The position numbers and the translations under genes are program-made. 64,000 bases of DNA from an uncultured Collinsella sp. (GTDB lineage: Bacteria; Actinomycetota; Coriobacteriia; Coriobacteriales; Coriobacteriaceae): positions 47,050 to 111,049 of the forward strand of contig URKM01000002.1 in assembly GCA_900548365.1 (NCBI GenBank). Direction: 5' to 3'. Position 1 is the stretch's first letter, and every line of letters begins with the position of its first letter. Below the pieces are notes generated by a model that worked only from the letters and a program-made list of their open reading frames with translations, was not told the DNA's origin and ran no database searches. This document shows positions 29,637-40,840 of this stretch, piece by piece.

Positions 29637-29717
29637 GTCTTAGGTTGTTCTATGTATAACCTGCAAGATGGTATACAGTCAAGTAAATTATAGAGTTGTC
29701 CTAGGATGTTCTATATA
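29637..29717 (-). promoter_or_regulatory. Promoter of the transporter-frlB-frlD unit flanked by two candidate GntR operators
   Basis: Direct repeats gtcttaggttgttctatgta (29637-29656) and gtcctaggatgttctatata (29698-29717), 17/20 identical; minus-strand TTGACT (29677-29682) with TATACA 18 bp downstream. Confidence 0.65.
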
Positions 29718-29755
29718 CGGTCGCTATCGACCCGCAAGCGAAGCTCGTGAATTCC

Positions 29756-30490
29756 CTAGATGTCGAAACTGTAGCGCGAGCCCACGTAGAACTGCCTTCC
29801 ATAACAGAAATGCGCGCCCCGGGCATCCAAGAACCCCACGCTCATATAGAACAGCGGTTCCCCCACCGGCACCTCGAGCTCGCGCGCCTCGTTGATACCC
29901 GCGCGCGCAATCTCGAGGCGACAGGGGTCGGACGCCACGGGATACTTGCCCGCGCGCTCCCCCACCACCTCGAAGATGGAGCAATCGGAAAGGTCGAGGT
30001 CGTTGAGGAACTCGAAACCGTCCACGGGGTAGTAGTTGTTCTCGAACAAGACGGGCACACCGTCCGCGGTGCGAACGCGCGATACCAACAAGAGGTCCGT
30101 CCCCTCGTCCACGCCGAAGAACGATGCCAACTCGTCGTCCGCCGGCACCGCCTTGCGCGCCACCACGCGCGCGCCGGCGCGCATGCCGTTCGCAGCGCAC
30201 GCTTGGGTAAAGCTCTGGACGTCATCCTTTTGGTGCACCTTGCGAATCATCTTGGTGGCGGTCACAAAGGTGCCGCGCCCCTGCCTCTTGGTGAGGTAGC
30301 CCTCGCCAGCCAGCTCCTCGATAGCGCGACGGACCGTAACCCTGCCCACGCCATACATCTTGGACAGCTCGAACTCGGTGGGGATCTGCGAGTCGATGGG
30401 ATATGTTCCGTGCTCGATATCGCTTTTAATCAAATCGAGCACCTGCTGGTACAACGGGGCAGAAGAACCCCCATCCAATTGCGCGCCCAT
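29756..30490 (-). CDS. GntR/HutC-family (UTRA) regulator, probable FrlR
   Basis: PLYQQ..IPTEFEL..GVGRVTVRRAI..RQGRGTFV plus UTRA domain. Confidence 0.9.
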   Translation of the reverse strand: MGAQLDGGSSAPLYQQVLDLIKSDIEHGTYPIDSQIPTEFELSKMYGVGRVTVRRAIEELAGEGYLTKRQGRGTFVTATKMIRKVHQKDDVQSFTQACAANGMRAGARVVARKAVPADDELASFFGVDEGTDLLLVSRVRTADGVPVLFENNYYPVDGFEFLNDLDLSDCSIFEVVGERAGKYPVASDPCRLEIARAGINEARELEVPVGEPLFYMSVGFLDARGAHFCYGRQFYVGSRYSFDI

Positions 30491-30713
30491 TAGAAAACGC
30501 AGTCCCCTTCTCATCGGCATGGATACCGTATCGTCCATCTTACCGCACTCGCCGCAAAACGGCCGGGCGCATGCGCGCCGCACGCGGACGCGAAGACGGG
30601 ATACCCGGTCACCATCGCCCCGCATGGCCGCAGCGCTGAAAAAGCCCTTGCTCCGCAGCCGGAGCAAGGGCGATGCACTACCCGTCGTGTACCCGCGCAT
30701 GCGGATGCACGGA

Positions 30714-31382
30714 TCAGCCGATGTTCAGGATATCCGGAATCTGGTCGATGATGGCGTCCGCCCTATCCTGCGAGAATCCGAAGCGCTCCTCGCGCTTTGC
30801 GAACACCGTGAGGCCCGCCGCCTTGCCCGCGGCGATGCCGGGCACGGAATCCTCGATGCAGCAGCACTCAGACGCATCGAGCCCGAGCTTCTCGATGGCA
30901 TAGAGATAGATGGCGGGGTTGGGCTTGCTTTCATAGAAGTCCTTTCCGCTTACGATCAGCTCGAACCTATCAGACAGGTCGCACGCCTCGAGGACGGCCA
31001 GGATGCTCTCCATAGGCGAGGACGAGGCCAGCGCGACGCGAACGCCGCGCGAGCGCAATTCATCGATGGTCTCGGCGACGCCGGGGTTCAGAATCGCCGT
31101 GTAGTCGCAGGGGCGCAGCGCCGACCAGGTCCTGAACGTCATCTCCGCCGCCTCCGGGGTGAGCTCGCGGCCCGCGCGGGACCACCAGTCGGCAAGCACG
31201 CGCTGAAAGGTTTGGTGGGACTGCCCCACCAATTCGAGAATCTCGCGATCAGAGACATCAAGTCCCATCTCAGCCACGAATGCGCGCTCCTCGCGCTGGT
31301 AAAACGCCTCGGTGTCGACGATCACGCCGTCCATATCAAAGATTACAGCCTTATAGGGAAACGTCTTGTCAGCCATCGCCAT
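30714..31382 (-). CDS. HAD-family phosphatase (beta-PGM-like)
   Basis: FDMDGVIVDTE, ASSS, SKPNPAIY, IEDS..GIAAG. Confidence 0.9.
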   Translation of the reverse strand: MAMADKTFPYKAVIFDMDGVIVDTEAFYQREERAFVAEMGLDVSDREILELVGQSHQTFQRVLADWWSRAGRELTPEAAEMTFRTWSALRPCDYTAILNPGVAETIDELRSRGVRVALASSSPMESILAVLEACDLSDRFELIVSGKDFYESKPNPAIYLYAIEKLGLDASECCCIEDSVPGIAAGKAAGLTVFAKREERFGFSQDRADAIIDQIPDILNIG

Positions 31383-31415
31383 CCATCCTCCGTATTCGTC
31401 AAACAGGTATCGCCG

Positions 31416-32252
31416 CTATGCCAGGAGCTCTTCGAGAGCGTCCGCGATACCGTCTTCGTTGTTGGTGCCGCAAACCAGATCCGCCACGCTCTTGAGCTCA
31501 TCGATGGCGTTGCCCATGGCGACGCCCACGCCGGCGAGCTCGATCATGGCTCGATCGTTCTGGCCGTCGCCGAACGCCGCCATCTCCCCGGGATCGATAC
31601 CGCAGCGCGGCAAGGCGAACGAGAGCGCACGGCCCTTGTCGATACCCTGGTCGGTGAACTCAAAATACCACTCGGCCGTGAACATGCAGCTCAGGCGATC
31701 GCTAAAGGGAGCCGACATCTCCCGGTAGTGCTCCTGCAGATACTCGCCCGTACCGGCAGTGAGGATCTTGTTCTGGGGGACCGTACACCATTCCGCCAGG
31801 TCGCGCACCTCATGCAGACGCAGATCGCAGGCATCGCGCTCGTACTTGATGATGTTCTTGGGCGCGCCGCCGCTGTAGACGGTGCAGTTGTACGCATCCT
31901 CGATGTAGAGTCGGTCGCCGTCCACCAGCATGGGGATGACGTCGAACTTCTTCATATGGACCAGGACCTCGCGAGCAAGCTCGACGGAGATCGCCTGATC
32001 ATAGAGAACCTCGCCCGTACCGGCATCGCGAACCTGCGCGCCGTTGAACGCGACCAGCAAACCATTGTGACGGTCGAGCTCGAGCTCGTGCGCAAGCGCG
32101 CGCAGGCCGTGCACGGGGCGACCGGAAGAGAGGATGAGCTTGATGCCCGCTTCCTGCGCGTCCATCAGCGCCCGCTTGGTGCGCGGCGTGATGACCTTTT
32201 GATCGTTCGTGAGCGTTCCATCAATATCGAGCGCGATCGCGCGAATAGCCAT
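31416..32252 (-). CDS. Cof-type HAD-IIB hydrolase
   Basis: LDIDGTL, SSGR, DKG, FGDGQND..GVAMGNA. Confidence 0.92.
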   Translation of the reverse strand: MAIRAIALDIDGTLTNDQKVITPRTKRALMDAQEAGIKLILSSGRPVHGLRALAHELELDRHNGLLVAFNGAQVRDAGTGEVLYDQAISVELAREVLVHMKKFDVIPMLVDGDRLYIEDAYNCTVYSGGAPKNIIKYERDACDLRLHEVRDLAEWCTVPQNKILTAGTGEYLQEHYREMSAPFSDRLSCMFTAEWYFEFTDQGIDKGRALSFALPRCGIDPGEMAAFGDGQNDRAMIELAGVGVAMGNAIDELKSVADLVCGTNNEDGIADALEELLA

Positions 32253-32384
32253 AGATGCTTCCCTTCTCCCCCATTTGACGCTTCAACAGCGTTCACGGCT
32301 GCCATTATATGGGACGAGAAGCCCCCGTGCACGGACAGACGCGCAACCTGGAACCAAATCCAGCATCCCGATAGGACCCACGAT

Positions 32385-32421
32385 AAAAGAGGACGCCGCC
32401 CCGATGAGACGGGCGGCGTCC
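32385..32421 (-). terminator. Intrinsic terminator of pgi
   Basis: ggacgccgccc/gggcggcgtcc stem followed by tctttt on the minus strand. Confidence 0.75.
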
Positions 32422-32464
32422 CCTGCGCTTGCATAGGCGCGCACGGCTTGAAGCGCGCGGTCCC

Positions 32465-34159
<1,695 letters not shown>

Positions 34160-34226
34160 ATGCTTCCTCCTTGACATAGACGCGACGGACGGCGCAGCAT
34201 GGCGCGCCCGGCCGGACGGCCCTTCC

Positions 34227-34967
34227 CTATGAGCCGAGATGTCCGGCACGCTCATTGTATCGCGAATCGACCCGCCTGGGCTCCCCTAAGAAAACCGGCG
34301 CGGCCAGGCGCGTGTACGCCGCCAGCCAGATGAGGGAGGCGCAAAAGCCGCCGATGACGTCGGACGCATAGTGCACCCCCAGGTAGACGCGGCTCACGCC
34401 GATCATGAGGATGATGAACGAGAAGCCCGCCGTGAGCAGCAGGCGCTGTCCGCGGTCGCTTTCATAGCGCCACACCATCCAGACGATGAGGCCGAAGAAG
34501 GCCATGGCCGCCATGGAGTGGCCCGAGGGGAAGCTGAAGCCCGTCTCGGCGGCGAGGCGGAAGCCCTCGGGGCGAGGCCGCTGCACGATCTCCTTGAGCA
34601 GCAGGTTGAGCAGGACCGCCAGCACCAGGTTCACGGTGCAGAACCATCCCGGGCGCCTACCCGGGGCGAAGGCGGCGATTACGAGCAGCATGCCCACCAG
34701 GACCATGGGCGTCGCCAGAGCGGAGAAGGCCTCCATGACGGGGGTGAGCCAATCGGCGCGCAGGTTCTCGACGATGGCCCAATACGCCAGCGCGTCGATG
34801 CGCATCGCCTCCCCCGCCAGCACCGACCGCAGGAGGAGCAGGAAGACCGCGAGGCACGCCAGCACCAGGAGCAGGCGCCGGTTCGACCGCACCGAGTCCA
34901 TCAGGCGGCGCGGTGCGGCGCGGCGCTCCTCGGGTGCCAGCGGCGAGCGCTCGTCGAAACTCTCCAC
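34227..34967 (-). CDS. PAP2-family membrane phosphatase
   Basis: [28 protein letters not shown]. Confidence 0.92.
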   Translation of the reverse strand: MESFDERSPLAPEERRAAPRRLMDSVRSNRRLLLVLACLAVFLLLLRSVLAGEAMRIDALAYWAIVENLRADWLTPVMEAFSALATPMVLVGMLLVIAAFAPGRRPGWFCTVNLVLAVLLNLLLKEIVQRPRPEGFRLAAETGFSFPSGHSMAAMAFFGLIVWMVWRYESDRGQRLLLTAGFSFIILMIGVSRVYLGVHYASDVIGGFCASLIWLAAYTRLAAPVFLGEPRRVDSRYNERAGHLGS

Positions 34968-35047
34968 AAAAATCCTCTCCCTTCAGCCAGGTGCACGTAG
35001 AGGGCATTGTACCCGGCTGCAGCCGAAACCCGTCGCGCGCGCACCCT

Positions 35048-35105
35048 TTGACGCCGTCTCCACGAGGGTCTACTATCGAACAGAAGTTCTAGAAACATAT
35101 GTTCG
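35048..35105 (+). promoter_or_regulatory. Sigma-A promoter with two tandem LexA (SOS) boxes
   Basis: TTGACG (35048-35053), 17-bp spacer, TACTAT (35071-35076); CGAAC-agaa-GTTCT (35077-35090) and GAAAC-atat-GTTCG (35092-35105). Confidence 0.88.
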
Positions 35106-35117
35106 TACGGAGGGGCC

Positions 35118-36533
35118 ATGGCTCGTGCGCAACGCACCTACATCTGCATCGACCTGAAGACGTTCTACGCGAGCGTGGAATGCGCCGACCGCGGCCGCGA
35201 CCCCTTCACGACGAACCTCGTGGTAGCCGATCCGGACCGCGGGCCCTCGACCATCTGCCTGGCCATCACGCCCGCCATGAAGAAGCTCGGCATACGCAAC
35301 CGGTGTCGCATCTTCGAGATACCGGCCGGTATCGACTACATCATGGCAAAGCCGCGCATGCGTCACTACATGGAGGTATCCGCCAAGATCTACGGCATCT
35401 ACCTCGAATTCGTCAGCCCCGAGGACGTGCACGTCTACTCGATCGACGAGTGCTTCATCGACGCGACGCCCTATCTCGCCCTCTACGGCCTCACGCCTCG
35501 CGGCTTCGCGCGACGGCTGATGGACGCCGTGCGCGCCCGCACGGGCATCTGCGCCACGGCGGGCATCGGGCCCAACCTGTTCCTGGCGAAGGTGGCGCTC
35601 GACATCACGGCCAAGCACGTGCCGGACGGCATCGGCGTCCTGGACGAAGAGGCCTTCCGCCGGCTCATCTGGCCGCATCGCCCCATCACCGACATCTGGG
35701 GCATCGGCCCCGGCATCGCCGCGCGCCTGGAGAAATACAACGTATTCGACCTCATGGGCGTGGCGGCGCTGGACGAGGACATCCTCTACCGCGAGCTCGG
35801 CGTGAACGCCGAGTACCTCATCGACCACGCGCACGGCCGGGAGCCCTGCACCATCGCGGACATCCACGCCTATCGGCCCGCCGCCACGTCGCTCAGCAAC
35901 GGGCAGGTGCTCGCACGCGACTACAGCTTCGCCGAAGCGCGCACCGTCCTGCGCGAGATGGTCGACGTCTCGGCGCTCGACCTGGTCGACCGCCGCGCCG
36001 TGTGCGACCGCATATCGCTCTACGTGGGCTACGGGCGCGGCGCGGCCCCGAACGACGCGCTGCCCGCCCGGTGTGCGGACCGCGGCGGCCGCAGCGCCCT
36101 CGACGACACCCTCGTCCTCGACGAGCGCGCCCCCGCGCAGCCGGGCGCCCTCTTCACCGGCGAGCACGGAACGAGGCGGCTGCCCGGGCAAGGGGGCTAC
36201 GCCCATGCGGGAGGCCAGCGCAAGATCGGCGAGCAGACCAATTCCTTCAAGCACCTCATGCGCCATTTCGACGCGCTGTTCCGCGAGACGGTCGACCCGA
36301 GCCGCGCCATACGCCGCATCAACATCGGGTTGGGCAACCTCATTCCCGAGGAGATGGCCTCCTACGACCTGTTCTGCGACATCGAGGCGGAACAGCAGGA
36401 ACGGAGGCTCCAGCGAACGGTGCTCGACGTCAAGCAGCGCTACGGCAAGAACTCGCTGCTCAAGGGAACGAATTTCAAGCGCGGCGCCACCGGGCGCGAG
36501 CGCAACGACCAAGTGGGGGGACACCATGCCTAG
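35118..36533 (+). CDS. Y-family error-prone DNA polymerase (UmuC/ImpB/UvrX-like)
   Basis: IDLKTFYASVEC, YSIDE, GIGPNLFLAK, IWGIG, C-terminal RYGKNSLLKG..GGH. Confidence 0.92.
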   Translation: MARAQRTYICIDLKTFYASVECADRGRDPFTTNLVVADPDRGPSTICLAITPAMKKLGIRNRCRIFEIPAGIDYIMAKPRMRHYMEVSAKIYGIYLEFVSPEDVHVYSIDECFIDATPYLALYGLTPRGFARRLMDAVRARTGICATAGIGPNLFLAKVALDITAKHVPDGIGVLDEEAFRRLIWPHRPITDIWGIGPGIAARLEKYNVFDLMGVAALDEDILYRELGVNAEYLIDHAHGREPCTIADIHAYRPAATSLSNGQVLARDYSFAEARTVLREMVDVSALDLVDRRAVCDRISLYVGYGRGAAPNDALPARCADRGGRSALDDTLVLDERAPAQPGALFTGEHGTRRLPGQGGYAHAGGQRKIGEQTNSFKHLMRHFDALFRETVDPSRAIRRINIGLGNLIPEEMASYDLFCDIEAEQQERRLQRTVLDVKQRYGKNSLLKGTNFKRGATGRERNDQVGGHHA

Positions 36534-36903
36534 ACATCAGCGACCGACGGGCACCACGCAGGCGGGCCGCAAGCGGGCCGACCGCGCGGCGCAGTTCATG
36601 CCCTTCGCCGCGCTCACCGGCTACTACCAGCTCGCACGCGAGCAGGAGCGCGTCATAGAGCCCCGGCACGAGCTCACCGAGGAGGAGGCGGAGGCGCTCT
36701 CCCGCCAGCTCATGCAGTTGAAGAAGGGCGACCTGGTGCGGGTGACCTACTACGACTGGGACGGCTACATCACGCGCACCGACATCGTCGCCGGCATCGA
36801 GGTCGCCTATCGCAAGCTACGCCTCGCGCATGCCGTGGTGGCGCTCGACGATATCCGGAACATCGAGCGCACCGGGCAATCGAGCGCGGAACGTCCGCGG
36901 TGA
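36526..36903 (+). CDS. YolD-like accessory protein
   Basis: RAAQFMPFAALTGY motif and VRVTYY; overlaps the polymerase stop. Confidence 0.8.
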   Translation: MPRHQRPTGTTQAGRKRADRAAQFMPFAALTGYYQLAREQERVIEPRHELTEEEAEALSRQLMQLKKGDLVRVTYYDWDGYITRTDIVAGIEVAYRKLRLAHAVVALDDIRNIERTGQSSAERPR

Positions 36904-36972
36904 CGCATGCGAGCGCCCGCCAATCGGGTATCGTAGGTGCGAGGTCAACCACTTGCTGACGAGGAGCGCGAC

Positions 36973-38316
36973 ATGAACGACTTCACCTTCTACTCCCCTA
37001 CCAAATTCATCTTCGGGCGCGGCGTCACCGATGCCGTCGGACGCGATCTCGCCGCGGCGGGCTACCGGCGCGCCCTGCTGGTCTACGGAGAGGGCTCGGT
37101 CAAGCGAACCGGCACCCTGGACCGCGTCAAGAACTCGCTCGCCGACGCCGGCATCGCCTTCGTCGAGCTGGGCGGCGTTCGCCCCAACCCCGAGATCGGC
37201 CTCGTGCGCGCCGGCATCGAGATGGCGCGCGCGGAAGGCGTCGATCTCGTGCTTCCCGTGGGCGGGGGCTCGGCGATCGACTGCGCGAAGGCGATATCCC
37301 TCGGTGCGGTCTACGACGGCGACGTGTGGGACTTCTTCCGCAAGCGCGCGACCCCCGAGGCGCGCCTGCCGCTCGCCTGCGTCCTCACCATCCCCGCATC
37401 GGGATCGGAGGGTTCGAACTCATGCGTGATCAGCAACGACGCCGAGCACCTGAAGTGCGGCTTGAACACCGACCTCAACCGACCCGTCATCGCGTTCATG
37501 GACCCCGAGCTCACCTTCACGCTTCCCGCCTACCAGACGGCGGCGGGCGTCACCGACATGATCGCCCATATCATGGAGCGCTTCTTCTCGGGCGAGCCCG
37601 CCGTCGGCGTGACCGACAACATCGCCTGCGGGCTCATCCGCGCGGCGATGAACGCCGCGGGCCGCGTGATGGAGGACCCCGAGGACTACGACGCGCGCGC
37701 CGAGCTGATGTGGATCGGGTCCCTGGCGCACAACGGGCTGGCGGGCTGCGGCCTCGGCATTCCGGGCAAGCGCGACGGCGATTGGACCTGCCACGGCCTT
37801 GAGCACGAGCTCTCGGCATACGACACCTCGATCACCCACGGCGCGGGCCTGGCGGTGATCTTCCCCGCCTGGATGCGCGCTGTTTGGACCGAGCACCCCG
37901 AGCGCTTCCTGGAATTCGGCAAGCAGGTGTTCGGCATCGAGCCCGTCGACCCCGAGGAGGACGGCATCGACATCGAGCCCGAGCTCGCCGTAGGCTACGC
38001 CGTCGAGGCGACGATCGACGAGCTGCAGGAGTTCTTCGTGTCCCTGGGCATGCCCGCGTCGCTCGGCGAGCTCGGGCTCACCGAGGAGGGCATCGAGTCG
38101 ATGATGCCCGGCCTGAGGATCAACCGCGGCGAGCGATTCGGCAGCTTCAAGAGCCTCACCCTCGACGACGCACGCGAGATCTACCGCAGCGCCCTGCAGC
38201 GCGCGTTCGCCGTGGCGGCGCCGCGAGCGGGCCGGCCGGACCCCATCTGCGACGGGGCCAGGTCTCAAGGCAGGGCCGGCCGCAGATGGAACGCAGGGGC
38301 GGCGGCGCGAAGCTAA
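36973..38316 (+). CDS. Iron-containing alcohol dehydrogenase (BdhA/YqhD-like)
   Basis: FTFYSPTKFIFG, GGGSAID, DPELTFTLP, HGLEHELS, HGAGLA. Confidence 0.93.
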   Translation: MNDFTFYSPTKFIFGRGVTDAVGRDLAAAGYRRALLVYGEGSVKRTGTLDRVKNSLADAGIAFVELGGVRPNPEIGLVRAGIEMARAEGVDLVLPVGGGSAIDCAKAISLGAVYDGDVWDFFRKRATPEARLPLACVLTIPASGSEGSNSCVISNDAEHLKCGLNTDLNRPVIAFMDPELTFTLPAYQTAAGVTDMIAHIMERFFSGEPAVGVTDNIACGLIRAAMNAAGRVMEDPEDYDARAELMWIGSLAHNGLAGCGLGIPGKRDGDWTCHGLEHELSAYDTSITHGAGLAVIFPAWMRAVWTEHPERFLEFGKQVFGIEPVDPEEDGIDIEPELAVGYAVEATIDELQEFFVSLGMPASLGELGLTEEGIESMMPGLRINRGERFGSFKSLTLDDAREIYRSALQRAFAVAAPRAGRPDPICDGARSQGRAGRRWNAGAAARS

Positions 38317-39134
38317 TGGAGCCCGCACCAGCCGTCGTGCTCGACAACGGTCAAGGGGACGCCGAAAAGACCGCTCATGACGTCGCTGGTGAGCAGCTCC
38401 TCCTTCGGTCCGTCAGCGTAGACCACCGCATCCTTGATGAGGACGACGCGCCCGATCTCGGGAACGATGTCCTCGGGATAGTGGGTGACCAAGATGATGG
38501 AGCGCCCTTCGGCGGCCAGGGCGCTCATCGTCTTGCGGAGATGATACATACCCTGCGGGTCCAAACCCGTGCACGGCTCGTCGAAGACCAGGACCTGCGG
38601 ATCTCGGACGAGCTCGCGCGCCACGAGGACGCGGCGCGCCTGCCCGGTCGAGAGGGTCATGATGTCGCGGGCGGCGAGGTCGGCGATGCCCAAACGGCCG
38701 AGCGCGTCGAGCGCCCGGCCCTTGACCGAGGCGTCGATGCGCGTCCTCATGGGAAGCCCGAGTGTGCCGTACACGCCGCCCATCACGATCTCGACCACCG
38801 GCAGGTGCACGCGGACCTGGTCGTGCATCGTGGCGCTCACGATGCCCAGCGAGGAGCGGATGTCCTCGAGCAGGGGCCTCGCCTCGCCCCGAAACCGCAC
38901 GGGGGGCTCGTCGCGATACAGCGGGAACACCTCGCGCGTGAGCAGCTGGACGAACGTCGACTTTCCCGCGCCGTTCGGGCCCAGCAAGGCCATATGCTCC
39001 CCCTCGGCCAACGCGAAGTCCTCCACATTCAGAATGGTCTTGCCGGCTCGGACGACCTGGGCGTCATGGATGCTGAACAAGGGCTGCCGCGCACCCGGTC
39101 GGCACCCCTGCGCCCCATCGACTTGTTTCAACAT
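38313..39134 (-). CDS. ABC ATP-binding protein (ModF/YlmA-like, orphan)
   Basis: GPNGAGKST, LSTGQARR, FDEPCTGLD, VTHYPEDI. Confidence 0.88.
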   Translation of the reverse strand: MLKQVDGAQGCRPGARQPLFSIHDAQVVRAGKTILNVEDFALAEGEHMALLGPNGAGKSTFVQLLTREVFPLYRDEPPVRFRGEARPLLEDIRSSLGIVSATMHDQVRVHLPVVEIVMGGVYGTLGLPMRTRIDASVKGRALDALGRLGIADLAARDIMTLSTGQARRVLVARELVRDPQVLVFDEPCTGLDPQGMYHLRKTMSALAAEGRSIILVTHYPEDIVPEIGRVVLIKDAVVYADGPKEELLTSDVMSGLFGVPLTVVEHDGWCGLH

Positions 39135-39229
39135 GGCATCCTCCCTGGACCTCCCCCGAGAACGATCGCTTCGTCTGCTATCCTACCTCCTAACGTTTAC
39201 GGCACCACACCGCGCGAAAAGAGTTAACC

Positions 39230-40450
39230 ATGTGCGAGATGCTCACCCTCGAGGCGTTCGAAGAGGCCTCGATCAAGGTCAAGGAAGTCACCCAGGAGAC
39301 CAAGCTCGTCGAAAGCCCCTACCTGTCGGGGGCGACGGGGAACCGGGTATGGCTCAAGCCCGAGAACATGCAGCGCACCGGTGCCTACAAGGTGCGCGGC
39401 GCCTACTATAAGATCTCCACGCTCTCGCCCGAGGAGCTCTCGCGCGGCATCATCACCGCGAGCGCGGGCAACCACGCCCAAGGGGTGGCCTTCGCCGCGA
39501 CGCGCGCAGGCGCGAAGGCGACCGTCGTGATGCCCACCACCACGCCCCTCATCAAGGTCGAGCGCACGAAGGATTACGGCGCCGAGGTCATCCTGCACGG
39601 CGACGTCTACGATGAGGCCTGCGCGCACGCCATGCAGCTCGCGCAAGACGAGGGCTACACCTTCATCCACCCCTTCAACGACCCCGTCGTCGCCACCGGG
39701 CAGGGCACCATCGCCATGGAGATCGTGCAGGAGCTGCCCCTCGTCGACACCATCCTCGTGCCCATCGGGGGCGGCGGCCTGTCCTGCGGCGTCGCCACCT
39801 TCGCAAAGCTCTACAACCCCAAGATCCGCGTCATCGGCGTCGAGCCCGCTGGAGCCGCCTGCATGAAGGCGTCGGTCGAAGCGGGCCGCGTGGTCAAGCT
39901 TCCCTCCGCCAGCACCATCGCCGACGGCACGGCCGTCCTCGAACCCGGCGACCTGGTCTACCCCTACGTACGCGATAACCTGGACGACATCATCACGGTG
40001 GAGGACGAGGAGCTCATCGTCGCCTTCCTCGACATGGTCGAGAACCACAAGATGATCGTCGAGAACTCCGGCCTGCTCACGGTGGCGGCGCTCAAGCACC
40101 TGCCCGCCGAGAACAAGCGCGTCGTCTCCATCCTCTCCGGCGGCAATATGGACGTCATCACGATGTCGTCCGTAGTGCAGCACGGGCTCATCCAGCGCGG
40201 GCGCATCTTCACCGTATCCGTCCTGCTCCCCGACCGCCCCGGAATGCTGTTGAGCGTCGCCGGTATCATCGCCAAGGAGAACGGCAACGTCATCAAGCTC
40301 GAGCACAACCAGTTCGTGAGCACCAACCGCAACGCCGCGGTCGAGTTGCGCGTTACGGTGGAGGCGTTCGGCGAGGACCATAAGGCCCAGATCGTCGCCG
40401 CGCTCCAAAACGGCGGGTTCGAACCGTCCATCGTCCAAACCTCGCTGTAG
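39230..40450 (+). CDS. ilvA: Threonine ammonia-lyase with C-terminal ACT domain
   Basis: KPENMQRTGAYKVRGA, ASAGNHAQG, GGGGL, SGGN, LPDRPG. Confidence 0.93.
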   Translation: MCEMLTLEAFEEASIKVKEVTQETKLVESPYLSGATGNRVWLKPENMQRTGAYKVRGAYYKISTLSPEELSRGIITASAGNHAQGVAFAATRAGAKATVVMPTTTPLIKVERTKDYGAEVILHGDVYDEACAHAMQLAQDEGYTFIHPFNDPVVATGQGTIAMEIVQELPLVDTILVPIGGGGLSCGVATFAKLYNPKIRVIGVEPAGAACMKASVEAGRVVKLPSASTIADGTAVLEPGDLVYPYVRDNLDDIITVEDEELIVAFLDMVENHKMIVENSGLLTVAALKHLPAENKRVVSILSGGNMDVITMSSVVQHGLIQRGRIFTVSVLLPDRPGMLLSVAGIIAKENGNVIKLEHNQFVSTNRNAAVELRVTVEAFGEDHKAQIVAALQNGGFEPSIVQTSL

Positions 40451-40495
40451 CGACGTCCCGCGTGGACGCTTCGGCAAAGTACAGTATTATTCGGT

Positions 40496-40536
40496 AAGCG
40501 GATACTTTGTTACAGCAAAGTATCCGCTTGCTTTTT
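40496..40536 (+). terminator. Intrinsic terminator of ilvA
   Basis: aagcggatactttg/caaagtatccgctt 14-bp stem followed by gcttttt. Confidence 0.85.
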
Positions 40537-40539
40537 CAA

Positions 40540-40568
40540 TTGCACCCTGTTCGAGCGTTCCGTATAGT
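40540..40568 (+). promoter_or_regulatory. Sigma-A promoter of ilvDBNC
   Basis: TTGCAC, 17-bp spacer, TATAGT. Confidence 0.75.
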
Positions 40569-40585
40569 GTGCTCCACTGAGCAAA

Positions 40586-40840
40586 TGCGAGGACAGGGCG
40601 AGTAAGCGCCGCATCCATCCCACAGCAAGCGGGCAGCACATGAGAACCCGTGGTGGACGGCGAAGAAGAGTCCCTCGAGCAGTCTTGGCAACGCTCGCGC
40701 GAGCACGGCCACCCCCGGGCGAACCGCGAGCAAGTACCCTCGACCGGCAGCCACCGTCATCGGCATCGAACGACGAAGCGTCCACGTCCCGGCATTTCTC
40801 TCATGGCACCAACCGCGCGCATGCGCATGAGAGTGAGGAC
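40586..40840 (+). ncRNA. T-box-like leader RNA (degenerate)
   Basis: Stem I with GA/K-turn ends, AGUA/GAA loop-E, AG bulge and cggg/cccg apex (40586-40681); stem II gctcgcg/cgcgagc; F-box-like ccgtcatc; canonical GGGUGGNACCGCG absent. Confidence 0.65.
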
